Assembly (NCBI RefSeq): GCF_964204645.1
Contig: NC_134036.1
Span: 7,628,293-7,644,645 of the forward strand
Source: Tubulanus polymorphus
Lineage: Eukaryota > Animalia > Nemertea
Length of the DNA stretch: 16,353 nt
Reading direction: 5' to 3'
Position numbers and translations under genes: made by a program. The notes under the pieces are model-generated. The model worked only from the letters and a program-made list of their open reading frames with translations, searched no databases and was not told the DNA's origin. Below are positions 1 to 9,449 of this stretch, in pieces. Position 1 is the first letter of the stretch. The number at the start of each line of letters is the position of its first letter.

Positions 1-2194
1 AGGGTTATCATTTACATTGAAATATCTATCACCTAATACACCTGAAACACCTCCTCTTATAGATTTTTCAAATAATAATTATTGATCTATATTTGTTAAC
101 AAATCCATTTTTATATCAGTAAATTTTAACCCACAGTCTCAAGTTAAACCTGGACTAGAATAAAAATGACATGGATCAATATCGAAATATTTTAGATTTA
201 CATCTCTAAACCTTTCGAATATATCGGTTAATAATAATACATCTGATTTTAAATATAAATCATAAATAATTGCCCATGATTTTCTATTTTGAAATGATTC
301 CAAATATTCAATGTTCTATTATAGACTTCATCTTTAACATATTCATTTTTTAATTCAACATTTTATAATTAAATATCTTTTCACAATAATAACATTTATC
401 TGCAAACTTTCTTCTTTATCTTCTTCTGTCATTATAATTTCTATATTCTTATTCAACTTTTCATTAAATCTTATTTCATATTCAATTAATAAGTCACAAA
501 AATGATTGATAACATTTTCATTTCTGTAATCATAATATTCACTTTCAATTAGTTCTGGATAATCAGATTTTATATATAACCCGAAAGCAGCAGCTGATTG
601 ATGAATCTTTTTAATAGTATTTGTTTTTGGTGGTTCATCTGAAAAATCATTTTCATTAGAATTTAATTTCTTTCTCTTATAATATATTTCTTTTCTATCT
701 TGATCAGTTAGTTCTTTATTTAATGATTCAAATTCTCCATATATTACAAATGGTACTTTATTTTTGTAATCATATTTTTTGAATTCTAATGTTTTATCCT
801 TTTCATTTGGTAAAACTAATTTACAATAATCATGATTTTCACATAATTGTTTATGATTTTATAATGAACTTTCATTACTGAATCTATGTAAACATTTTCT
901 ACAAAGATATATTTTATGGTGATCATTATCTGATTTAAAAAATAAATCGATTTGTTTAATCCACATATAATGATTCTCATAATATAGTATATCTATAACA
1001 TCATTTGAATCATAATCTTTTGATAGATATAAAGGTTCTAATGTATAATGTTTTATGTTGTTACCTTTTGTATTTGGCAATTTGATTAAATTAAATACAT
1101 TTATCTTTATATCATTTATATCATCTCTTTCTATTTTTGGGATGTTTTTAATTATAACAGGATACTTATCCATCTTATAATTATTTTCAAATTGTTTATA
1201 ATGAGTTAATCTAAAACTATGTTGTTTATAATCTTCAACTGGGTGTAAACAACTTATTATAGCCCATAGAAAACATTTATCATCTTCATTTTGTACATTT
1301 ATAACAGCATTAGTTTTAAATGGTAGTTTAATATAACTCGATATAACTCAATATCTGGTTCTTTATAATATGATACATTATTTTCATCAATTGGTTTCGA
1401 TTTAGTTAACTTATTATATTTTGTGTTATAAACATGTAAAGTCATAAATATTATTTCATCAAATATTAAACCAGATCCTTCAAAATATTTCTCTTCTATT
1501 TTAGTTTTTACTTCATAATAACATTTATCTAATTTATCATCTATATGTTGTTTAGATATAATATGTTGTGAATGAGAATTTATATTATATATTGGTTTAT
1601 CTTCAGATTTTACGAATTTAACTTTTGATGAAATACTTATTTTAGGATATTCAACATCAGTTATTATTTTTATTATTTCTTTCATATTTTCTAAATGTTT
1701 TTTATTTTCTTCTAATGTTTTTCCTTTATGAAATTTAAACTCAATAGCTGCTGGAACAATATCACTTTTAAATGCTTCGGTTATCTCTATATCTTTTTTA
1801 TTATCTAATGAATTAATATAATTTCTTACATCTTCCATGTATGGTCTTTTATTGTTTAATTTATTTTTATGCTTTTAATTGTCTTATGTTTCTTATCATT
1901 ATCTTTATCAAAATAATCTTCACCTAAAATATCATTATTCTTATTTCTAATATGACTTTTAGATTTTAAATGTTCACTATAATATCTTTTATCACTGAAT
2001 GATTGATTACATGCATCACATTTGTATGTTTCTTTTTCATTCTTTAATTCATCTAATTTAGTTTCTAATATATCATCTTCATATTCTAATTTCAATTTAT
2101 TCTCTAAATGTGTTTTAGTTTTATTGTGTCTTGCTTTTTGGGATTTATCTATATTGATATTACATGTTGGACAGTAGTACTTATTTGCTTCCAT
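1..2194 (-). pseudogene. Disrupted Polinton/adintovirus-type family B DNA polymerase (5' part; runs off the window at position 1)
   Basis: Joining minus-strand frames (ORFs 1856-2194, 1299-1838, 859-1173 plus manual translation) gives the motif order typical of this PolB group: two C2H2 zinc fingers (CPTC..H..H; CDAC..HLKSKSH), EGSG, INVQNEDDKCFLWAIISCLHP, HYMWIK, CRKCLHRF..H...C, ExoI-like PFVIYGEFES, CYYC, ExoIII-like YLKSDVLLLTDIFERFR, DPCHFYSSPGL and RGGVS. Several frameshifts, in-frame stops (e.g. 859-861) and an internal deletion near 360 are present. Confidence 0.9.
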
Positions 2195-2400
2195 TTTAAT
2201 AACAAATTTTTTTTTTAAATTGATTTTAGAAGTTCAATGATTTATATCATGTATTATTTCAATCACACTTTACTAACACTTTTAATGTTTAAAAATCTAA
2301 CTCACACAAATATGAATATTGAAATAATGTTGTAAATATATACTTTTATATTGAATAATCTGTCAATTTAAATGTTATTCATGTATATGATTATTTTAAG

Positions 2401-2789
2401 AGTAATAGGGGTAATGGGCTTTCAGGTTAAAGGTTGAACGGTCGAGTTCATTAAAAACAAATATTAAAAGTAATCTAAAACTATAATATATTTTCATAAC
2501 CGTGTGTATTTCAGTTGAATAATAGAATAATAATTATTATTAAAATATATTTGATTATATGAATTTGTGTATTGTAAATAAATCAATTGGTCGCGGAGCG
2601 ACCAATTGATTTAATACAATATGCTTTTTAAATTTAAATTATTGATATCTTAGAATAAATATTTAGTTATAATATAAAATGCACACGGTTATGAAAATAT
2701 ATTATCGTTTTAAATTACTTTTAATGTTTTGTTTTTTAATGAGCTCGACCGTTCGACCTTTGGCTTGAAAGCCCATTACCTATATTACT
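2401..2789. repeat. ~390-nt imperfect palindrome (fold-back hairpin)
   Basis: Outer arms 2401-~2510 and ~2678-2789 are complementary. There is a poorly paired AT-rich middle, a perfect 16-bp inner stem (2579-2594/2598-2613) and a 3-nt loop GGA (2595-2597). Confidence 0.95.
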
Positions 2790-4056
2790 TATATGCTACC
2801 GTACATTGTCTGTACCAAGGCTTTGCAAGCCAAGAAGGGAACATTCTTTTTATATATCGAAATGTAAAGAATCAATGTATTTTGCGTGTGGACGTGATGT
2901 CCCCTCGGCATCAAGAACGATGAATTTTGTATTATAAGAAAATATATATATATTTAATAATTCGTACTACATTCCAATCAAACTTCGAATCTTGCGTTTA
3001 TTTGATTCGCCGGCACTGGAAGGAAGGACGAGGATTTCTGTTGTTTTCCTGCTGCATCTCACCCATTTAGTTTTACGTGAGGATCATCCCCCTATTGACC
3101 GTCGCTACCGATAACACTTATGCATACGACTAGTTTGACAGATCTGGCATGAGTCGCAATTAGCTCCTGAGATGACGGGGGACAGCTATGTGCGAGAGGG
3201 CACTTGGAATGGGGGTAGCCATATCCGTCGAGTAATCAACACTGCGAGTTTCGTCCGAGGAAAGCCCCTAAAGCGGATTACTCCGAGGAGAGCGGGTTGG
3301 GGGGTCTGTATTGGCCACACAGATTAAGGCTACGTTGAGTAGGGAGGCGACTGTTTGGAGGAGAGCGTACTGCTTAAGCGCCCTTTTTAGCGACATTTTT
3401 CAATAGAGGAACAGATTCTACATATTTTATATCATTTACTTTCCTGGGGAAGACAAGAGTCTCCTTGCCGTATTCACTACCCGAGTGCGGTCGACCCAGG
3501 CGGACCCGTGTAGCGAGCGCCCTGGCACAGCAGAGTGACTACGACTACGCTACCTATGGACAACAGCAGTCACTACCTGAATTACTATTTTATATGTTTA
3601 CACTACAACCGCTACAGTACGGTATGTTTTCTGTAAATAAAATACACAATTTTTGTTACTCTATATATGTATATTACTGTTTCTCTGCTGATTCTTTATT
3701 CATTGACAATCACGTCATTTGATTATGATAAATAGGAAATGTAAATCTATAGAAAAGTTCATATACGACGGTTAAACACAGTAACGACACTGTGGTTCAT
3801 TCAACAACCATAAAAGCCCACTCGATCTAACCCATAACAGTGGGCTACCAATATATTATCACTGTATAGTCGTGAAACTTAAATTGACGATTGATATTCC
3901 TCGCAACGAACGGAGCGGCGTGCAGCGTCTATTGATCACTTGAAAATCCACAGCCACTAATCAAAAACAGTTCAAAATCGGATCATTAAACTATTTTATT
4001 TACCCGCAGTTTTATTGAATCATTTCAGAAAAACATTTGACAATTGAGTTACAAAT

Positions 4057-4268
4057 ATGAGTAAAGCATTTGATAAGGCTCAACATAAGCAATTACTGAA
4101 CAGGCTATTAGGAAACAGTATCAATGATAGGTCGCCCAAATGGCACAGCAGTTATCTCTGAACGGAAACTTGTAACCGAAATCAACGGAACGTCTCATCT
4201 TGGAATGAGACGGTCTAACTAGTGGAGTCACGCAAGGTAGTATCCTAAGTCGTCTTCTGTTTAATGTC
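4057..4268 (+). pseudogene. Degraded non-LTR (CR1/L2-like) reverse transcriptase fragment
   Basis: Translates, with frameshifts, as SKAFDKAQHKQLLNRL...KWHSSYL...EING...LTSGVTQGSILSRLLFNV, matching the RT motifs KAFD and SGVPQGSxLGPLLF. Confidence 0.75.
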
Positions 4269-4358
4269 CTGACAAATGACATATACAGTAATCCAAAATA
4301 TACCAGACCGAGTAAATTTCCAAAACAACCTTAACACTTAATGTTCCCACAAAACCCC

Positions 4359-4622
4359 GGGCGACAAAACCAAAATTATGAATTGTCACGGGCGACAAAA
4401 CAAAATAATGAATTGTCGCGGGCGATGAAACCAAAATAATGAATTGTCGCGGGCGATAAAACCACAATTATGAATTGTCGCGGGCGTTAAAACCAAAATA
4501 TTGAATTGTTGCGGGCGATAAAACCAAAATAATGAATTGTCGCGGACGACAAAAACAAACTATTGAATTGTTGCTTGCGACAAAACCAAAATAATGAATT
4601 GTCGCGGGCGACAAAACCAAAC
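4359..4622. repeat. 31-bp minisatellite, ~8.5 units (GGGCGAYAAAACCAAAATAATGAATTGTCGC)
   Basis: Head-to-tail units at 31-bp spacing (e.g. 4359, 4390, 4420, 4451). Each junction forms the palindrome TTGTCGC-GG-GCGACAA. Confidence 0.97.
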
Positions 4623-4954
4623 TAGGGGTCCAGGGACACCATGCTCACTTGGGCAGTGGTTTCAAATGCTCAACAATCTAACAATTTCAATACATAACGC
4701 CCTCTAGTGACCATATACAAAAACCAATGACCTTGAAACCCACCACAATCATAGAACATGTGAGCAGCTATGATTTTGTAATTGATTGTGATAACAAAAT
4801 ATGCCTCGTTACCAATTTAATATGGATATACTAAGTTATTCTACTATTCAACGCCCCCTGGTGACCATATGCAAAACCCAATGACCTTAAAACTCACCAC
4901 AATCGTAGTACATGTCATGAAATACAACTTTGCAATTGATCATAGTAAAAAATA

Positions 4955-7329
4955 CGGTTCCTGAACTTCGCTGAAAAAGCTGAATCACTGAAACGCTGAA
5001 ACGCTGAAATAAAAACGCTGAAATTTCAGGGAATTTCCGAAAAACGCCGAAATTTCAGGGAATTCCCAAAAAACGCTGAAATCGTGCTAGGTACCTACAA
5101 TACACGTTTTGAAATATTTTCCGGGCCGGTGTCCGCTGCCGAGTCCTGAACCGTGTTTTAGTCTCTACCTTCGGTTACAGAGACATGCATGGACAGTATG
5201 TGTGGAGTATACTTCTAGAGGGCCACTTGTTGGACAAATTAATTCGCTTGAAATCCGGATTTTTAATGCATACAGGCAGCATAATGAGGAAAACCCATTC
5301 ACAAACCGTGCAAGCCAACTTAAACACTATGCTCAATATTCCCTGCAAGACGCAAAATATCTTATTTGAACGTTCATGTATAAAACATGCAGCAACTTTT
5401 CTTTTGTCAACACGTTGATGGGCGACGGACTATGTCACTATGGTATTCTCTGAAGGAGGTAAATTAAATTTGACAGCTAGTTATATAAATGATGCAGCTT
5501 TTGGACAAAAGGGATCTAACTAAATTTCTTTTTAATTCACTGTGGAATGGAATGGAATGGATTGACGCCAATGGCATGCAGTAGGCCCCTACGTATGGGT
5601 CATACTGATTAGCGTCAACCAATTAATCTAAATCGGGCTAACCATTCAACAAATGTGAATAATTTATTTGCTGTGGCGTGATAATAATTAGTTTTTTTGA
5701 AGAAATGACATACCAACTGTTAGAAAAATGTACCGATTCTTATTTTTAGACTACTACTGAATCTATAAAAGGAGGAGTCATAGACAAAGTTGATTTGCTT
5801 AGCTGGTGACACTTCTTGTCAAGTACATCATCTCAAGTACTGGGTGTTTTGTAAGTTTAATTTCAGTATTTATTTACTAAGTGCTGTTCTCTCGGACCTC
5901 AGTGCTTTCAAACTAGGCCCACCCCATAGGCTATATAGTCCAGGGTGCATTAGCCACTATTCTTTTATATCCGACTAAAATGCACCTTTTTCTATTTTTA
6001 GATTCAGGCTTAGAATGTGCAAATTTTTTGAGATACTGAGAAATCAGATGGCACCAGTAAACTTCAACTGCGAAATTTGCAGCAGGATAGCTGAACGACA
6101 CAATTTTTAAAAATAAAATGGCTATTCGAATGCTATTTCAATAATAACTTGATTCAACCTGAGAGAAATAAGTCAATTGCGGATGTTCAGTACACCCACT
6201 TTTCTTCCCTGTTTCCTGGTACCAAATTTTTAGTCTTAAGCTAAGCGATATTCTAAGGTATACTAGTGGATTTCATTAGAATATGAAGCAATGGAACCAG
6301 AATTCTAGCCAGAGTTAAGCGAACTATTGATTCTGATATAATGTAAGAACTGATTTCCTTTGTATACTCTTGCAGAATGTGTTGTTTTATTTCAAGCTGT
6401 TAAATAATATAGTTAGACAAATGTCCAATTATTGGATCTTTCTTGTTGACTCGTTTAATTTTGTGAGTTAAGAGTTCCAGTCAATCCACAATGTGCAGTG
6501 CCTAGCCTTCATCTACACTAAAGCCAAGCCTGTGTATGGGAAAAAAATATCGTTCGACTCCTATAGGCCAGACACATCAAAGCATGCAATACATTGCAGA
6601 TAGTAGTCTCCGACAAGTCGAAAGAGAAAGTGAACCAGGTTTTACCCCGTACCCTACCCGGGAACAAAGACACTTAAAGATTCCTTCCTCCTTGTAGAAA
6701 TTGTAGAAATATGGCACCCAATTGTAGCAATGCTAAGTACAGTATACTATGACGGTTGAACCTTTCTTAACGAATTTCAATGACACCGAAAATAGAATCA
6801 AAGTAATCATTAGTTCCATGCTAGCACTTAATTTGGGTTATCAGGTTCAGCCTAACTGTACTTTCATTCAGCTACTACTTGTATGAGACTTGGCAATGAT
6901 AAGTTGCAAGAAATCACCAAACATAAGAAAAAATATTGTGAATTAATATTACTGTGATTAAGAATTTATTCAAATGAAGTGATAACTTCATTGTTAGATC
7001 GTACCGGTATATGCACATAAAACTATGGCAAAAAACACATCTAACAATCCACGCAATCCGCAATCGATCAAGTCGATCATGACGACGACCTTAAGGCATG
7101 TCTCTGTAACCGAAGGTAGAGCATAAAACACGGTTCAGGACTCGTCAGCGGACACCGGCCCGGAAAAAATTTCAAAACGTGTATTGTCGGTACCTAGCAC
7201 GATTTCAGCGTTTTTCGGGAATTCCCTGAAATTTCGGCGTTTTTCGGAAATTCCCTGAAATTTCAGCGTTTTTATTTCAGCGTTTCAGCTTTTCAGTGTT
7301 TCAGCTTTTTCAGCGAAGTTCAGGAACCG
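4955..7329. mobile_element. Non-autonomous foldback/Mutator(MULE)-like DNA transposon, 2375 bp
   Basis: Near-identical 234-bp TIRs at 4955-5188 and 7096-7329 (CGGTTCCTGAAC...GTTCAGGAACCG), with internal AAACGCTGAAA repeats. The 9-bp direct repeat TAAAAAATA lies at 4946-4954 and 7330-7338. Removing the element restores a normal-length repeat unit. No transposase ORF is present; the superfamily is inferred from TSD length and TIR structure. Confidence 0.9.
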
Positions 7330-7387
7330 TAAAAAATATGCCTAGGTACCAATCTAATAAGGAAATACTAAGCCATTCTACTATTCA

Positions 7388-7401
7388 GCGCCCTCTGGTG
7401 A
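7388..7401 (-). promoter_or_regulatory. CTCF-like binding motif (best copy; others at 4697-4710, 4851-4864, 7543-7556)
   Basis: The minus strand reads TCACCAGAGGGCGC, close to the CTCF core CCAC(C/T)AG(A/G)(G/T)GGC(A/G)C. This is a motif match only. Confidence 0.45.
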
Positions 7402-8146
7402 CTATATGGAATAACTAATGTCCTCAAAAACTCACCACAATCATAGACGATGTCATGAACTACAACTTTGCAATGGATCATGGTAACAAACTATGCCTAG
7501 GTACCAATCTAATAAGGAAAAACTAAGCTTTTCTACTATTCAACGCCCCCTGGTGACTATATGGAATAACTAATGTCCTTAAAAACTCACCACAATCATA
7601 GACGATGTCATGAACTACAACTTTGCCATTGATCATGGTAACAAAATATGCCTTGGTACAAATATAATATAGCGATACTAAGTTATTGTATTATTCAACG
7701 TCCCCTGATGGCCACACACAAAAACCAATGACCTTGAAACTCACCAAAATCATACAACACGTTATGGGCTACAACTTTCCAATTGAATATAGTAACACAA
7801 TATGCTTAGGTATCAATTAATTTTTCCCACCTACGAATGAGTACTGATGACACCAAGATGGCCGCCAATTGCGTCATAATTGGCTGATCAAAAATACCTG
7901 TCCCAGGTATAAAACATCCCTCTCTAAAGAATATCCATCAGCAATTGCAATGAGAAATGGCAAACCAATAGGAAGCTACAGGACCTTGAATTCTGGCCAA
8001 AATTGACATTTTGGGCACTAAAAAGGTCATAGGACGGCCATCTTGAGTCAGATCACCCAATTTTCTTATGCTGATGGGCCTTTGGTAGATTCAAATATAA
8101 ACGAAAGATCAAGGTAATTGATCAAAGCGTCTTCAAAATTTTCTTC

Positions 8147-8870
8147 GGGTGACAAAACCAAAATAATGAATTGTCGCGGGCGATAAAACCAAAATAATGA
8201 ATTGTCTCGTGCGACAAAACCAAAATAATGAATTGTCGAGGGCAATAAAACCAAAATAATGAATTATCGCGGGCGATAAAACCAAAATATTGAATTGTCG
8301 CGGACGATAAAACCAAAATAATGAATTGTCGCGGGCGTCAAAACCAAAAGAAGAATTGTCGCGGGCGACAAAACCAAAATAATGAATTGTCGCTGGAGAT
8401 AAAACCAAAGTAATGAATTGTCGTGGGCGATAAAACCAAAATATTGAATTGTCGCAGGCGACAAAACCAAACTAATGAATTGTCGCGGGCGACAAAACCA
8501 AAATAATGAATTGTCGCTGGAGATAAAACCAAAGTAATGAATTGTCGTGGGCGACAAAACCACAATATTGAATTGTCGCGGGCGACAAAACCAGACTAAT
8601 GAATTGTCGCAGGCGACAAAACCAAAAAAACAATTGTCGGGGCGACAAAACCAAAATAATAAATTGTCGCGGGCAATAAAACCAAAATAATGAATTGTCG
8701 CAGGTGACAAAACCAAAATGGTGAATTGTCGCGGGCGACAAAACCAAAATATTGAATTGTCGCGGGCAAAAAAACCACACAAAAAAAATTGTCGCGGGCG
8801 ACTAAAACAAAATATAAACCAAAATAATGAATTGTCGCGGGCGACAAAACCAAAAAGAAAAATTTCTCGA
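8147..8870. repeat. 31-bp minisatellite, ~23 units, same family and orientation as 4359-4622
   Basis: Tandem copies of GGGCGAYAAAACCAAAATAATGAATTGTCGC with point variants. This array explains the many overlapping minus-strand ORFs here. Confidence 0.97.
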
Positions 8871-9449
8871 CTCATCAACAACGGTAACTGCCACCACAAA
8901 AATGATGTAGGCATAACTTCTCGTAAATGTGATGATTCCTACAGCTTTCAAGGGCCAACAAACTACTATATATCTGTCAATAGCTATTAGTAGTGTTATT
9001 AGATCACTGATACACGAAAACAAAAGTCGAATGTGTTGAGTGTATGAATACACGCGCTTCATAACTTGGTTTATTTCGGCTGTCATATCCAGTATGAGTG
9101 TGTGATTGTGGAGCCGATATTGAAAGTCGAATACCATAGAAGACAAACAAATACACGTATCCACAATAGCCAATAATCTCAAATAAAATATACTGGTATT
9201 GTTAGGACGTTCTTTGCTGAGAATTATAAAAGACAGTAAATTTCCTCCGAAGCCAAAGATGGCAATGCTGACTATAACATACGTCGTGATCTGTAGATAC
9301 AGATTTACGTGAAACGGTTTGTAACCAGCGTGATGAATAAACTTACACCGCGAATTCGGTTTAAACCTTGCATTATCAGTGGTAGTCGTCAGGTCTGATC
9401 CATTGAGAATTTCGGCGCCAGCAACCGATACATTTTCTAAAGCCGTCAT
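8802..9449 (-). pseudogene. Truncated class A (rhodopsin-like) peptide GPCR, FMRFamide/sex-peptide-receptor-like; TM1-TM4 only
   Basis: ATG at 9449 (MTALENVS) with N-glycosylation sequons. TM1 GFGGNLLS, TM2 YLRLLAIVD, TM3 IAIDRYIVVCWPL and TM4 are recognisable. At ~8865 the frame enters the minisatellite and stops at 8802. TM5-7 were not found in the window. Confidence 0.85.

Larger units (their letters stand above)
1..2789 (-). mobile_element. Terminal fragment of a Polinton/Maverick (adintovirus-like) endogenous element
   Basis: Very AT-rich block containing the PolB relic. Composition changes after ~2790. The minus strand starts 5'-AGTAATA at 2789, consistent with the AG(T)...(A)CT termini of Polintons. 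The other end and the TSD are outside the window. Confidence 0.7.
4690..7820. repeat. ~155-bp tandem repeat, about 5 units, split by a transposon
   Basis: The homologous motif (A/G)CGCCCYCTRGTGA occurs at 4697, 4851, 7388, 7543 and 7698 (degenerate). Spacings are 154, 153 (after removing the insertion and one TSD), 155 and 155. Confidence 0.93.
4620..8146 (+). mobile_element. Non-autonomous Helentron-associated (HINE/DINE-like) element, interrupted, distal end not seen
   Basis: Begins AACTAGGGGTCCAGGGACACCATGCTCACTTGGG, resembling the ends of invertebrate Helentron-type non-autonomous elements and the element at 10580. It carries internal ~155-bp tandem repeats, typical of this class. No matching distal subterminal repeat or hairpin was found. 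Confidence 0.55.

Noticed and set aside
2729-2923. Short ORF crossing the hairpin end, and other short ORFs at 9924-13338 and 15313-15567
   Set aside because: They span element boundaries or are antisense to TEs, often have non-ATG starts, and show no motifs.
3230-3283. Twister-like look (AACACTGC...AAGCCC..TAAA.GCGGA in an 8-bp stem) and minus-strand GGACGAAAC hammerhead half
   Set aside because: The twister pseudoknot pairings and UAA site cannot be built, and no CTGATGA partner is correctly placed.
2790-4358. Expected location of GPCR TM5-7 if the repeat block were a simple insertion
   Set aside because: No TM6 CxxP or TM7 NxxxY-like frame was recognised on the minus strand by eye.
7844-7870. 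CTGATGA hammerhead core (also at ~15908)
   Set aside because: No stem II followed by GAAA at either site.
8147-8870. CRISPR-like palindromic ~30-bp repeats
   Set aside because: Units are head-to-tail with no unique spacers, there are no cas genes, and the context is eukaryotic.
8066-8990. Many overlapping ORFs (also 4261-4467)
   Set aside because: Artifacts of the 31-bp repeat, whose minus strand lacks stops; all frames cycle through the same peptide.
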